Assembly: GCA_035084275.1 (NCBI GenBank)
Contig: CM068759.1
Location: 3,348,001 to 3,412,000 of the forward strand
Direction: 5' to 3'
Origin: Hydrolagus colliei
Lineage: Eukaryota
Length of the DNA: 64,000 bases
The translations under genes and the position numbers were made by a program. The notes under the pieces were generated by a model. It had not been told where the DNA came from. It worked only from the letters and a program-made list of their open reading frames with translations, and did not search any database. This document shows, piece by piece, positions 13,551 to 27,417 of this stretch. The first letter of the stretch is position 1. Every line of letters starts with the position of its first letter.

Positions 13551-15055
13551 ATTAAAAACAACGGCGAATTACTGTTGAGATGTTTGGGTGGGCATTTTGA
13601 GCTCTCTCAAATGCAAGAGCCATTACTTCTAATTTGTGCTGAGTCAGTTTGCTCAGCGAGTCACCTCATTCTAAATCCATTTTGAAACCTTTTAAAGGTT
13701 CAGCTCCAAGCGTTGTTTAATTTCCTCATCAATAATAATGTCTGTAATAAAAAATCTTAACAATCAATCTGGCGGACAATTGTAAAATAAAAATAGAACG
13801 TAACAAGATGACACTGCTATGTTGATACTGTCACCATCGTTCACGTAATATAAAAGTAATAACTAAGTAAGCTGAGGAACAGCTGTATCAAAGCCATCTT
13901 GAGAGTACTTTGACCTGGTATACTTGGGAGACACTGTCTACCTCCACTAGAGCAATCTCTTGCGTCCCCATACAATAAGCTATAGGAACTTTTCTCAAAC
14001 AAACAGTGTGCTTACGCCAACAATGTGGATTTATCTTTTTATAGTGAACTGAATCGTAAAATGTTTACACACAAGTGAGCAACTAATCCACAGAACAAAG
14101 CATTCACCCAAAGCAACCCACAGACAGTGGGAGCCAAGCATTTGGTGCTACACGGCATTAGGATATTCTGTCGAGTCCCATGTACGATTGTGGCCTAAAA
14201 TGAGATTATGCGTGTGTTTAAAGTGTTACGTTGTATGCTGCTGCAGATCTGATCATCTAAAGGCACTGAAACTGTAAAGATATATTTTAAAAAATTGAAA
14301 AGCATACGCAATACTTTTTGCAAATATCTGAAAATAGTTGTGTGAAGCAGCACTTTATACAATTACATCTGAGTTGTAATTATGTTATATTAAAGTTTGA
14401 GTAATTTGAAAAAGCATAGGGAAGTGGAAAATGGCCCAATAATACTGTACAATGTATAATAGGGTCACGATAAACAGCATTTATAATGCAATCTAATGAG
14501 GAAACTCAACAACCGAAAGTGTTAGCATTGTAAGGTGGGTTATGGCATCTGATCAAAGTCAGCCAAAATAAATCAGCATTTAAAATTAACAAAAAAAATC
14601 CAGGGGACTGGTAATGAATAAGAGGCTTTCTTCCGAGATAAAAACACTTGGAAGATATTAGGTAGGTACAATCATACAGCCACTGAACTATGATAGTTTT
14701 GCTATCAATTGATGGCCCCCTACAGAACCCACCATCTTCAATTCAAAAAACATTGTAAGACCCTTGAGGACAATTTACAAGCGAGCGCTACCCACTCTCA
14801 GTGCAAAACATTTCCTCATAACAGTAGGTGTTGAAATGAAAGTTTCTCCCCAAAAGGAAAGGTCATTAGATCGAAGAGAGAACCAGATATGAAAGACAAC
14901 TTCTTGCAACTATAGGGGATTAGATTAATGTTGAGCATCGATAACAGGGAAATCCCATTGGAGCATACATGTCCAATGTTTCAAAGGCCACTTTACAAAT
15001 GATGTGTGAAAACAATGGCTAACAAACTCATCATCACGGATATGTCCTTTACAGA

Positions 15056-15190
15056 GTAATAATGATAATCCTTCTATTTGATATAGCGCTTTTCACATCT
15101 TCTAGACGTCTCAAAGCGCTTCACAGAATATACTGTAAAGTGAATTGACTGTATGTTTGTGGGCGAAACGCGGCAGCCAATTGAGTGCTG
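15056..15190 (-). mobile_element. 5'-truncated Deu-domain SINE
   Basis: Reverse complement of tail and core (gcgaaacgcggcagccaatt). Confidence 0.85.
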
Positions 15191-17029
15191 CCAAATACCC
15201 AACTGTCCAGCACCTTGCTTCGCCTTCCCGATGTGAAAGGCACGATACAAATGTCATTTTGTATTGTTTGCCCTCTTTGCGCAGGAAATATCTCTTATGT
15301 GACTTCCTTCACAAAGTGACATTGTAGCTTCAACATTACAGAGTCCGATTCTTCAAACTGCAAGGAACAAATCCTGCTGGTGCAGCTCAGACAGCTTCTC
15401 TTCAGTTTATGGAGAAGAAAATATTTTCCAAACGTAGTTAATGCACAAATATTAGATTAGAGCAAATGATTATAGGTATCATCATTTACAATAAAGGATT
15501 CATAATCATTTCAGTCCAATGAATGTTATTAAGACAGGGGTTATGAAGTAGAGAAGGAATTACAGCTAATGCAGCTTTATGAGTCCTACAGGATCAATTT
15601 GTGGCACAACTTCTAAGTGAAAGAGCCAAGTGTAGACATTCACACACCACAGTTATTTTTAATTCTTTACGCCCACACATTTCCCTAAAGGTGTCTGGAA
15701 AAATTTAAAGGCATCCTTCAGTTTAATTTGCTCCTTATCTCTTTGGAAAGCAAACCATTAGAACGCATAGTAGTTCCTTTAAAGGGACCCGTCACCAAGA
15801 CATAGTGTCCCTACTGGGCACGTTTAAATGCCTGAAGCTTCTCCAATAAAACAAACTATTCTGCTTTAGTATTGGGTGAAGTACATAAACCAAATTCTTA
15901 CTGTAAAGCAGGCTTCATAAATATCCATTGGTCTTTTAATACAAAAGGTAAAACAATGGTTTTCCTACGAAACAGTCACCATATTTGATGGTAATTACCT
16001 GGAAGTGGTTTTGATATGTTGACGTGATAAGGAGCTATTAAAATGCAGGTTCCTCTTTTTTCATAAAATAATTTTATCTAGTTATTAACTTCTTTGGAGG
16101 GTAATCTATTCCTCATATCTACGCTCTGTGAGGGAAGAAGCAATTTCTCGTCTGCCTTCATGCCACATTTAGTTAATTAACCCGTGTATTAAATGTCACT
16201 GGTCTGACTACAGAGAGATTTGGTGAAATGACTCAATTTACAAGGTTGATGAAGGAAACCATGTGAATGCAGCCAATCCACCAACAGGAACCAATGCTTT
16301 TGGTTCAGTTCTTGAGCACAAAAACGTTCAAAGGAAAGTTAAAACAGGTTCTCCAAATGTAATGTTTTTCTTCAACAGATGATATCCAAAATATAACCGA
16401 TAAGTTGTTGCGAGTAACAGCTTCCTTTGGGTTTCCTTTTAAGGTGTCCATTAACTGGCAAACAGGAACAAAGCATCACCGAAAGGTTTTAAGGTGAAGT
16501 GCTGCAGTGGTCATGTCATACCGCTCGTCCAAGTTCAAAGAATTTGAAAGAAATAGATCAACTTCAAAACATTTTTTAAAAATTATTCATTGTGCTGTGT
16601 GCATTAAAAAATTTTTTTACTAATTAAATCGAAGTTTGGTTGTGGCATTCACTTTCTGAAGCTCCAAAGGCACTTTTTACAAAACAAAAAAGAATAAATG
16701 GACTCAAATGAAATATTTATTTTGAACATTTAGGTCCAGGACCATCAAAAGGGCTTTGAAGTTATCAACGTTGGAATTGATTAAACTGGGCCCAATAACT
16801 GTTAAACAGTAAAGTTATGCAGGATTTTTATTTTAAGATCAGATAATAAAGTAAAACTCACTTTCATTTGAAGTGGTTGAGAACAAAGCACAAACATTAT
16901 TGCCAGGTATTAAAATATGAATATCCAATATTTGCCTAATAAGTAAAGGCAAGATCATTGCACTGCCGTAATAATAATACCTGCATTTGATGTAGCTCCT
17001 AATTACAACTTTGAGACATAACAAGTACT

Positions 17030-17360
17030 GAGGCTCAAGTACTGAGTGCACATGGGATGAGATCCCACTCTATGTTGGGGTAACTGATTCAACCAGCAGT
17101 TGGTATGCTATGTTGAGTGCCCCAGTATTTGGGGAAGGGGGCTCAGTGGAAGAGAGAAAAATGAGCTTGCTATTCTCAATTGCTACTGCAGTGACCTCTA
17201 CTGGAAAATGCAAATGTTGGAATGAGAGTAGGATTGATTTGGGCTCTTAATATCCATAGTCTGCCATATTCACCTGGCTCAATAGGTTCAAGAGCAAATG
17301 AGGAAAGGTCAATAGAGAGGTGTTGGGAGACTTGTCATCGGTGATGGAAATACAGCCAGG
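17030..17360 (+). mobile_element. Ancient SINE remnant, AmnSINE2-like
   Basis: cagtgacctctactggaaaatgc...gagagtaggattg..tgggctc resembles a recalled old chondrichthyan/amniote SINE consensus; highly diverged. Confidence 0.45.
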
Positions 17361-17420
17361 ATGAAGGTACATCTTCCAGCAAGCAAGAACAAAATGTAAA
17401 TTGGCAAAAAAAAACATATA

Positions 17421-17787
17421 TAGTAAAAGCCCGTTGATCCATGACCCGATCAACCGGATTGCTCGACCCCCTCCGAGGGCAATTCTCCATTCCAGCAATC
17501 GCGAGTATGCTCACTTTGCGAATGCACACTTATTAAACTTACGAACTCTGGATTTTTAACCGATCGGTAAAAAAATGCTGTTTTACCGATCATTTTACGA
17601 AGTGTGTTGGAATCTTTCTTGGTAAGTATCCATATGATATTCTATTACTATTTCGTATATTATTAATATGGTATGTTTTAAAATAGGTATTTTTTTGTGT
17701 TAGGTTTTCAGCAACTTGCCGCCCAATTATCTGACACAGTCAGTTAGTCGACCCCCCAGAGGGTGCTGGATAAACGGGCTTTTACTG
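17421..17787. mobile_element. Tc1/mariner (Tigger-like) MITE, longer variant
   Basis: Ends tagtaaaagcccgttgatcc / ggataaacgggcttttactg flanked by TA; same TIR as the copies at 25083 and 43515. Confidence 0.85.
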
Positions 17788-17789
17788 TA

Positions 17790-17833
<44 letters not shown>
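17788..17833. repeat. (TG)n(TA)n microsatellite
   Basis: Directly visible, begins at the TA target site of the MITE. Confidence 0.95.
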
Positions 17834-17837
<4 letters not shown>

Positions 17838-20102
17838 TAGCCTGTGAACAATGAGTGAATTTAACGGCATAAGAAAAACCAATTTTTACTACATTGAGCT
17901 TTGAGAGCCCTTGAGAAAGTAGTACACAATCTTATGTTGTGTGTTTTTTATATACAAAAGCCCTACACATGGTGTGCGCCATATGCATTTACAAGATGGA
18001 ATGTATTATTATTATTGAGGCTTTGAGGGAAAATGAAAGGTTTGCAATCTGCTAAAATTCTGCTAAAATATTTCTAATTAATTCACTGCCAAACAGAGCC
18101 AATTATCGTCTCATTGACTTCACAATGGATCTCCATCTTTCACACGCCAAATCAACAACTTGATGTTAGTTACAGTATTTTCATCTTCATGTGCACAGTC
18201 ACTACACTCTACAGCAAATCCCAGACATTGACAACAATGTGATACGGCACTTTATGAAAACAAGGAACAGTATTCATTAGTGTATTTTGTAATTGGTTTG
18301 GCAACAACAACACCCTTGATTCAAACTTTCTACCATTGCCCATCCCGAAAGGCATCCCAATTCTGAAACCATTAAGTGCTTCAGACCCAAAAAGTCCCCA
18401 TGAAGCCACATATTGGCCAGTTATGCCAGAGGAACTTATTCATTTCAGTGCCATTCACAAACCCGAGCAACATGAGAGTGAAAAGTATTCACTTCTCTCT
18501 TGCCCTGATCACGGCACAAGTGAAGGAGAAAACTGGACAAGCAACACAGTGCAGATACCGAGCTAAGATAATGACAGCTGAAAGTCAAGGAATCCTATAG
18601 GGAGATCGGATGTTATTTTAAGAATGGACCACCCAATCGACCACCCGGAATCTTTCAATGTTAAATCAACCCTGATTTACCGGCCAGAATGTGAAATTAA
18701 TAGTGAACAAAAAAAGTCACTTTAAATTCGGGTCAGCAGAAACATTCCTTTTATCGTTGCAAATCTACTGCATCTCAAAGCTAAAATGAAGACTTTTTCC
18801 TGCAAACACTTATTTTGCTGACCACTGAATTAAACCAAAGCTCATTGTGAGGTCAGATAGCATTTCATCTCAAGTACAGAGAGACTTACTAAGTCATCGG
18901 GCCAGATTCATAACCACGTCAAGTATATTTCTTGGAGTTGTCTTTCCTCAATAATTACAGAAACTAATAAAGGTTTGCCCACATTTTACCAGTCCCTGAT
19001 TCAGTTGCATTTGTTCAGCATTAATTTTTATACTGGACTAATTCCAGAGACACAATGTTACAGTAATTCCCTGTCGTGACTACACAGTCCTTTTGCAATG
19101 GAAGTTTTAATTACAATTTAGCTTGGCCCCAGACATTTGAGAAATTCTAATATGCATAATTAAAGTATCACAATAATTAAAAATGGGATTACATCACAAA
19201 ATGCTGCTGTGTCATCTCTGCCTCCTTACTGCATTAATAGTCCAGTGCAAATTGAAAGAGATTAAGATTAAATATGAAATTTATGCCAGAACAGAGAAAG
19301 AGAAACACAGCTCCCCAAAGAGCTTTTATAATTCCTCAAATTCCCAGGAGGGAACAATGACTGCACTGGATGATCAATAGAGCTCATATGTTCCAATTTA
19401 ATCTTCGCAGCATATGCACACTAACCCTAATTGATCTCGTTTTACTAATCTAACCAGTCTGGGTGCCAATCTGTCTGGCCTAAACTGCCCAGCATTGAAA
19501 GACGTTATACTTCTGTCCCCGGAATGAGAAATAATACTGTTTGCAGCCATAATAGGAATGCTGACATGCAAGAACAGGCAGTAAATTACTGCCTGCCCTT
19601 GTGGTAGAATTGTCTACTATGGAGCTTGCTTGTGTTATTAAGATCAATTCTTCATTTTTTTTCTCCACTTGACGGCTGGATTTCACATTCTCACCTGAAT
19701 GGAGCATTACTGAGTTTATGTGTTTTGTAGACAATAGTATCTGCAAATATGAAATTCTGCCCTTTGGTCCTCTGAACCTGGAGCTCAGACAACTCTGCAG
19801 AAATGAAGCAAGTGCTTTGCCGAGATGGAGGTCGTCGGGTTAAATAAGTATCTATTCACACATTATGAAGTGCATTTTTTCTTTTTCAAAAAAACATTTA
19901 TTACCAGTCAACACCCACCTCTGCCGTAGATCTGGTTGCTGTCTCTGCAAACCCTACGGAAATGTTTACAGCAATAGGATTTAAGATTTAAAAAAATACG
20001 TATTAAAAAAAAAGAAAATCAGGGAACCTAAAATGGAATTTATTTGCTGCAAGGACGATGCGGGTACAGCAATCACTGATTCACGGAAGTCTGAATGAAG
20101 AA

Positions 20103-20208
20103 TGAGAGGGAGCAGAATGCATGTTAAATGCTTTGGCTAAAGGTTGTTGTTGTAGTCGTTGTTGAGAGGGAGCAGAATGCATGTTAAATGCTTTGGCTAA
20201 AGGTTGTT
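20103..20208. repeat. Perfect 46-bp direct repeat with 14-bp GTT-rich spacer
   Basis: 20103-20148 is identical to 20163-20208; spacer gttgtagtcgttgt. Confidence 0.95.
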
Positions 20209-20679
20209 ATCCTAAGAGATTGGCAACATTCAGTCACCCTGGAGTATGTCTTTCTTCACATCCTTACCCAGAAGAATACTTCCTTGCCAGGTGAGAGATG
20301 TTTAGACCCACGTCCAAAAAGCTTCCTAACAAGTCGCCTTGCCTCTGTCTCATCCACTTCCAGGTGTAATTGACTGAAACAATCTGGCATTTTGAAAGTT
20401 GGGCGACACGGCCCTAACCGAAAAAGAGACTAAAATAGATGCATTCGTTTTAAGACTCTGAAAGCAGCACAATTATCCGCAAATTTTCTAAAGCAAAACA
20501 ACGGCTTGTCTCGAAACGGAAAGGTATTCTGACTGGATACCCTCGCCGCCGGGAATGGGATAATACAATTTGTGTCAAACCATGTCGCTGCATGTAAACA
20601 CTGTGTTACTTGTAACGACACTGCGACCGAAATGTTATTTGGACGGTGGCTTAGCCCTTGTCGTTCAGTAAATGAGCGA

Positions 20680-20810
20680 AAGGAATAGGGTTGAGGTATG
20701 GGCTGAGGAGAATCCAGATGGAGGGAGGCTCATGTGTAATATAAACACAGACACAGACTAGTTGATTGAACTGCATTTCAGTGCTGTAGGTTCTGTAGAA
20801 TTCAATGTAG
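20680..20810 (+). mobile_element. CR1 3' UTR remnant
   Basis: ggagggaggctcatgtgtaatataaacac...tgctgtaggttctgtagaattcaatgta resembles chondrichthyan CR1 3' ends. Confidence 0.55.
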
Positions 20811-23034
20811 CACTCGACTACTCAGTGGCCTGAGTTCACCACAATACTGTAATGCTACTCTTGACAAAATGCAGCCTTCACAGATTTTAAACCTTTACAG
20901 CAGGACAGCTATCTCGTTCTAAGTTATTTGAGTGTTTCAACAGACGGGGGTACTGGATACTGGTGAGCAAATGGCTCGTCAGGATCGGAAAATATGTGAC
21001 TTCCAAGTTATCTTTCAAGGCAGACTGTGAGAATCCCACAGTGATAGCAATAAATACTCCGCTGACAAAGCCACGCAACAGCACTTAATTTGTGAAGGAT
21101 GGTGACTGTAGCTTCACGCTGTGAGCTAACCATTTTAAAGGTTCGCTACTGGGTGCAATAATTTGCGAGGCAGAATGAAAGAAATGACCTCACAGCAGCC
21201 TGGAAAACAACTGTATTCATTCTTTGTGCATCACAATTTCCCCTTCATTCAGAAAAGCGATAGGATTATGAATCCCAATAACTTCTGATGCGATCATCTT
21301 CGCTTCTTTTTCTCTGGCAAATTTAACTTGTGTCCCATCTACCACTAAATACCGCTGCTCTTTGAAACCGAGAAAACAAAGGTAACAATGGCCCAAGTTC
21401 CAATTTGCACAGCACGCCAGACAAAAATAAAGTAAAGCCTGGCTTAATGACAATAAGGTTCATTAATTAACGTTTAAGCCTTTGGACCAGTTTCCCCGCA
21501 GCTACATCTTATTCACGGTATTTCGATAGCATCAAGTTAACAGCCCAATTACAGCATGGAATCCATAGAAGGCACAACCTGAAATATCTGACACTGGCCA
21601 TCAATTGAACAAAATTACCTATCATAGCAAAGCGAGGGTTGAAGATGAACTGGAAGAAAAAAAAACTGATTAGTAAGCCTCACTGATACACATGAATAAA
21701 AAGAAAAAGAATAACAGCTGCCTAAAAGATGCAGAATAACTTATTCATGACACACATTTCAGACTTCAGTTGTGTTTTAATGTTCAGACAAGTGGTATCC
21801 CCACAATCATACCAGGCGAGCTAGCTGTCAGTAACTCTTTGGAAATATCCAATTGACATTAAGACAGGGAAAACATAGGTGGTTTGATTTTTTAATTAAA
21901 TGTTAATAAGCCAGCCAGCTAGGCTTTCAGCAGCTTCACGCCGGCCGTGACAAGTGAAAGCATTTTATCATTTTCTGAGAAAGATTAGTGCCCCATTTAC
22001 ATCACAGAACAGGTCAGGAAATAGCTTTTGGATGCTGACTGGAGCTCCAGGTGGTAAGAAAGCTACCCATTTACAGCCCTACTCAGCTTAATGAGCTAAC
22101 TGCAGAAGCAGTGTTTCAGACGAAAGGAAGCGCCATTATTATTTAGAGAAAGTTATTGCTAAATTCTCCAACCATCTTCGGGGGTTGCGAAATTTGATAG
22201 GCCAAACCAAACAGATGCCACCAATAACTGCTGGCTTCAATAGCAATGTTCGTTTATATAGAGTTCCCTCGTGCGAGGTGGCGTTCCCAGAGCGTGTCAG
22301 GTATCACTGGCCTGGGAAAGAATGATTTTTTTTGGGGGGGGGTTTTGCATGTGTGCGTAAGCTAGCTTCCACATTCCAGCATCAAAAGTTAACCGCCAGC
22401 CTCAGTACAGTTGCAACCAGTTTGATTTGAAAGACTTTTCAAGTACGCCCGTCCATAAACTAAATGTTGCATTATATTGCAGAATGTTTCCCACGATATT
22501 GAATCCTCATTTAAATTGCTTGTGTGCAGCGGTTTCAATTTTTACAATGACTATCTTATTTATCTAAGTGGCTGGAAAGAGTAATGAGAAAGATTGGTTT
22601 GTTGGCCTGTACAGGAAATATTGTTAGTATATATAGATATGCGGGATTTTGTTGTTCCCTGTTTAAGACTACTTTTTAAGGCAGTCATCCTAAAACGTTA
22701 GAATTAAATCCAATATAGTATTACTCCATCTAACCTCAATGCCACCAACTTTGGAGCTGCTTTTTTTTGCAGTGAAGTCAATGGAATGCCAGCAAAACAT
22801 ATTCTTGGGCAAAAAAAAGCATAAATTAAAGTTAATCCCCTAAATGCAACGTTCAAAGTTAATTAAGTTCCCATAGTTAAAAAAAAGGTTTACGTAGAGT
22901 CGGTTCACTGAAAGTTGAACTGCACACATGGCATTCTCTCCGCACACACAATGCACTTTCAAAACAGTTAATGTGACTCAATCAGATAAATGTGATTTGC
23001 CGTTGGATCTTTACAGGCTGAATGGGTAGTCGGG

Positions 23035-23157
23035 ACATTGGTTTAACCTCTCATCGGAAGGGCGGCAAGTCTTAACAATTCACCACATACCCAGCACTGT
23101 ATTCAAGTAACAGCCGAGACTGTAGGGAGTTCAAATTCTCAATGTGGGTGCTTCAAC
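23035..23157 (-). mobile_element. Old DeuSINE fragment
   Basis: ggtttaacctctcatcggaagggcggca is the reverse complement of the Deu 5' segment. Confidence 0.6.
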
Positions 23158-23744
23158 TCACAGCCTTCCGAAGTACAGGCAATAGTGCTCCCTTCTGAGC
23201 CGGCCTGACCTTCTCCATAGTCTTTTCCAAATCATCATGAATAAATCAACGCCCAATGCCACTGGGAGAAGGAACAATCTCCCAGCGATAATTGAAAGTT
23301 CATTCATGCCATCAACGTGGAAATTGTGTGTACCCTCCGGGTCTTTGATTAGCCACAAAGTGACCAAATGTGAGCATTGCTCCTCCATGTCAGAAAATCC
23401 CATTTCCTTCCTCCCCTTGGTCAGAATAAGATAATATTTCAAGAAACACACGTCCATTCAAGGGCTAATTTCAACCCTGTCACTATTGAGTCAGACGACA
23501 GACTATTCTTACATCAGAAAAGAAACCGATCGTTAGCTTTTCAATTACGTGCCTGCGTTCTAATCCTATAATTCTTTTTGATACAAGTACTGCATAGACG
23601 GCATGCGGACATCATAATACCAGGGTGCGCCTACTCTATTTAAAAAGCACACGGCGCAGTTCCCTGAATACCACACTCAATCACTTTGAGAAATTTTTAT
23701 ATGAAAGGCCATCAGAAACGCACAGGCCTAATCCTTTATAGGCA

Positions 23745-23980
23745 AACATAGTAACAACAACTAATACTGGCATTTGACATTGCGCCTCATCATGTTGAGA
23801 CATCTCAAAGGGCTTCACAGAATATGCTGTGAAGTGAAGGGACTGTGTATTTCTGGACATTATTATCCACAGAAAGCGATCCGCCAATCGACTAACAAGC
23901 GGCTTCCTACTCACTGCCTAAAGTTTCCCCCCCACCTATCGCTTGCGAGGCGTGAGTGCAAACCACTAGGTTACAGGCCT
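23745..23980 (-). mobile_element. Diverged, internally deleted tRNA-headed SINE
   Basis: Tail at 23770-23830 and tRNA-like head (rc cctgtaacctagtggtttgcactcacgcctcgcaagcg) at 23940-23978. Confidence 0.65.
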
Positions 23981-24103
23981 TCATGGTTAGACTCTAGCAG
24001 TTACCCCAACGCACGTGCCAAACCTTGTGAACAATGATAATTATAACATGGAGGTGATTTGCATCAACAAAGTCCCACATAGGGTGAATGGACAATTTCT
24101 CTA

Positions 24104-24415
24104 GATATCATAGTTCACCGGTTAGAGCACTCGCCTTACAAGCGAGAGACCTGGGTTCAATTCCAGGCAGGTCAGGGCGAAACCTTGGGCAAATATCCTT
24201 GCCCCACACACCTAATAATAATCCCTCAAAAAACAATAATAAATTGGTCATGTCAATCCACGACTGTTTGTGGGACACTGCTGCACGCAATTGGCTGCTG
24301 CGTTTCGTCCACATATACACAGTCAATTCACTTTACAGTATATTGTGTGAAGCGCTTTGAGACGTCTAGAAGACGTGAAAAGCATTACAATCAAATGCAA
24401 GGATTATTCTTATTA
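24104..24415 (+). mobile_element. Full-length tRNA-headed Deu-domain SINE
   Basis: Head ggttagagcactcgccttacaagcgagagacctgggttcaattcc, Deu core, tail stem-loop and ATT-rich end. Confidence 0.92.
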
Positions 24416-25082
24416 TATGTTGGTGGGTAGATCATAAAAAATATGCTTCTCAAGTCCTAACATGGGGTTTGAAGCTACAGGCAAGAACAGTACCTCTTGA
24501 GCCCAAATCCTGACACACTATATAGACATACGATGAACATTACATACATAAACATTATCCTAGGATAGATATTACCCTATGCGAAGGGCACTTTATAAAT
24601 GCAAGTTACTGTTATTTGTTACTTCACAGCAGGAACCAAAGTGGACGTACTGACTTAACCTTTTTGCATTGCAAGATTGAATGGATCTTTTCTGTATCTA
24701 ACCTCCTGGAAATCTTTTTGACTGCTTTTTACAAGTGATCAACTTAAAAGCACCTCCTTGCTTTCAGAACGATTCAGACCATTACAAAGATCAGACACAC
24801 CATCTGGTACGTGACAAGAGTTTAGCACAGTGTAACGCTACCTCACACTCACGGACCTAATAGCAATCCCTTTCCTAGAAGCCACAAAGCCAACTCCCAG
24901 AGGTGAACATTCTTAATCTGAAGTTACGTTAGGCTGGAATTGTTACTGAAAATGACATGGGATTGGTTGTTGGGAGGTTGGGGGGTGGGGGTGGGGCTGG
25001 AAAGGAAAGGACACAAAAGGGAAGAGAGACAGAGACCAAAGATACAGAGAAACCTAAGTCAGAAACACTACGTACCCGGGTA

Positions 25083-25279
25083 CAGTAAATGCCCGTTTAT
25101 CCAGCACCTTCGGGACCTGGCCAATGCCGATTAAAGCGCGTGCCGGATATTCGGACAAAAACGCAAAAAATATATATTTATAAATTCCGGTTAATCGAAT
25201 GCGAACCTCTTGTTTTTTTGATGTGCCGGTTATACAGAAGCTACAGTTGATCGGGTGCTGGATAAACGGGCTTTTACTG
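25083..25279. mobile_element. Tc1/mariner (Tigger-like) MITE
   Basis: About 26-bp TIRs cagtaaatgcccgtttatccagcacc / ggtgctggataaacgggcttttactg, TA on both sides; homologous to 43515-43719. Confidence 0.92.
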
Positions 25280-26649
25280 TATAATACAGTAATAACCATA
25301 TTTCAGAAGCAGCACAAAACAGGGATTTAGCAGTAGCAAGGTGGAATCCACAGAACTGAATTGGTGAAAATGGAGACTGAACTGGCTGCAAATCTGGAAT
25401 TATTGGATGATTGTTGTAGCAATGATGCAAACAAAACCAGAAAACAACACAATTACATTTGTATAGCGCTTTTCAAGTTGATAACTTTGGGGTTTAAAAT
25501 GAGTTGGAACACAAATTGGCATTGCCAATGCAGTGTGAAATGAACCTACACAAACTAAACCAGCACAGACCTCAAGGGATATGCTTTTGCAAAAGCCTTT
25601 GAAACAAAGCATTCTCCCCCAAACAAAACCCGCAAGACGTATGTGATGTAAATTGCCCTAAGTGTCGCAGTCTGAGGCACATTGGGCGTTAAGGATATCA
25701 AACATCAACACAACACACTGTCAAACCAATGCTGTCTAGGGCCTTTCCTAAACATAACCGTCTATTGTCTGGCATAGTAATCCAAATATGCAAGGAATGC
25801 CCCTGGGCTTAAAGATTCAGCCTCCATCATGTTTATCCATTGTACAGTGCAGATAGGCCAGTTGAAAAGACTGCGCTTGTAATGATTTGCATATCTCGAA
25901 TCCGTTGACATGTTATTCTTTAGGCTCTGCCTCAACGGTAGAATTTGCAACAATTCCAGAACCCTTCGCTGATTTGAGCAGAAATTGCATTCCACAAATT
26001 TAGGCCAATCACATTTATTAAAGACTTACTTTCAGTCATCGTAGTACTAATAATGTTGATTACATTTTTCTGGTTGCTGATATTTTTAATATAAAATCAC
26101 ATGCAATAAATACATTTTAATCAAAGCACACAGTGTAGATGTGGAATTTCACCGATTTCCCAGAGCTATATCAGCAATGTCAACCAGCAACAAACAGAGG
26201 CTCTGTCTCGACAATAATATTGCATTCAAACTCAGTATTTTGTGTAATCCCACTGTGTGGGTGGCACGACCAAGATATTTTTCAGGATTGGTTTAAAAGT
26301 TGGCAGTTTCCTTCTCATGTAAAATCTTGAAAAGTAGCCAGCGCTTTATTCCAATGGATTCAGAAATATTTCATCAAAACATTGATGGTTTTATAATTTA
26401 ACATGAAAATCACAATGTCACCCATAAGGAACGTCATGTAATTGCCAATCTTTCTATTGTCAATCGCACCGATATTGCACTGAAACTGGAAGCGGCAACA
26501 AAATTACACTTGTACAGTATAGGCCTTTCATCTGGAAACCTGTTTTACTGTCATTTGATAAGCAACTCATTTTAATATGCATAAACTCATCCTAAAAAAA
26601 AGATTGTATGACAAGCGCAACAATTGTAAAAAAAAATATTAATCACAAC

Positions 26650-27130
26650 CAGGCTTGTCTATGCCAATGCCCGCCCTGCTTGTCGGCCTTCCCAACTCTT
26701 CCCTCCACTAGCTGCAGATCATCCAAAACTCTATGGATTGTGTCCTCTCACGCACCAGGCTCTGTGGCCCCATCATACCCACCCACTCATGCCTGGCTCC
26801 ACTGGCTCTCCTTCCTTCGGAGGATCGAGTTCAAAATTCTTGCCTTAACCTTCAAAGCCCTCCACAGTGTTGCCCCCCTCCTAACTCTCCGACCTGCTAA
26901 CTAACCCCTTATCAACCTGTCCCCTTCCTTCGCTCAGTAGCTACTCTGCCTCCAACCTCTGGAACTCCATCCCATATTTCCTTTGCCTCCTTCAAGGCAC
27001 ACCTCAAGACCCTCCTCTTCAACCCTGCCTTTGGTCACCCTCCCTGCCCCCTACTTCCCGTCCTAATCTCTGACCGTTCAGCACCTTGGGACATCTTCCT
27101 GACGTGACAGGCACTTTACAAATATAATCC
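26650..27130 (+). mobile_element. L2 LINE 3' fragment (ORF2 C-terminus plus 3' UTR)
   Basis: Translation LHWLSFLRRIEFKILALTFKALHSVAP matches the L2 motif LHWLP..RI.FK.L.L.FKALHG.AP; L2 tail follows. Confidence 0.9.
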
Positions 27131-27417
27131 AGTTTTTAAATCCTGTGCTGTACGATTTAAGCTTCATTAAATGAAAAGTGAAGAAGAACACTGAAACATT
27201 TAGTAACAACAGCCTGTAAAGTTAAACCTCAAAATATACATTTGACTTAATACTGTACTTTCATTGTTACGGCTCTGCAAAAGGCAAATAAATAAAATCT
27301 AGTGGATTAGCAAGCAGATTTTTAATATGTATTGTATACTTCAGGGACAAAATACAGCATATTGCTTTGTTGAATTATTGTTGGTTTCATTTATTTCACA
27401 CAGGTACCCAGTATTAT

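Noticed and set aside
20103-20208. CRISPR-like repeat-spacer unit
   Set aside because: Only two copies, non-palindromic, eukaryotic context and no cas genes
27078-27097. REST/NRSE site (ttcagcaccttgggaca), also on the minus strand near 53700-53720
   Set aside because: Left half-site is good, but the spacing is off by one, the right half is poor, and the motif is simply part of the L2 3' UTR
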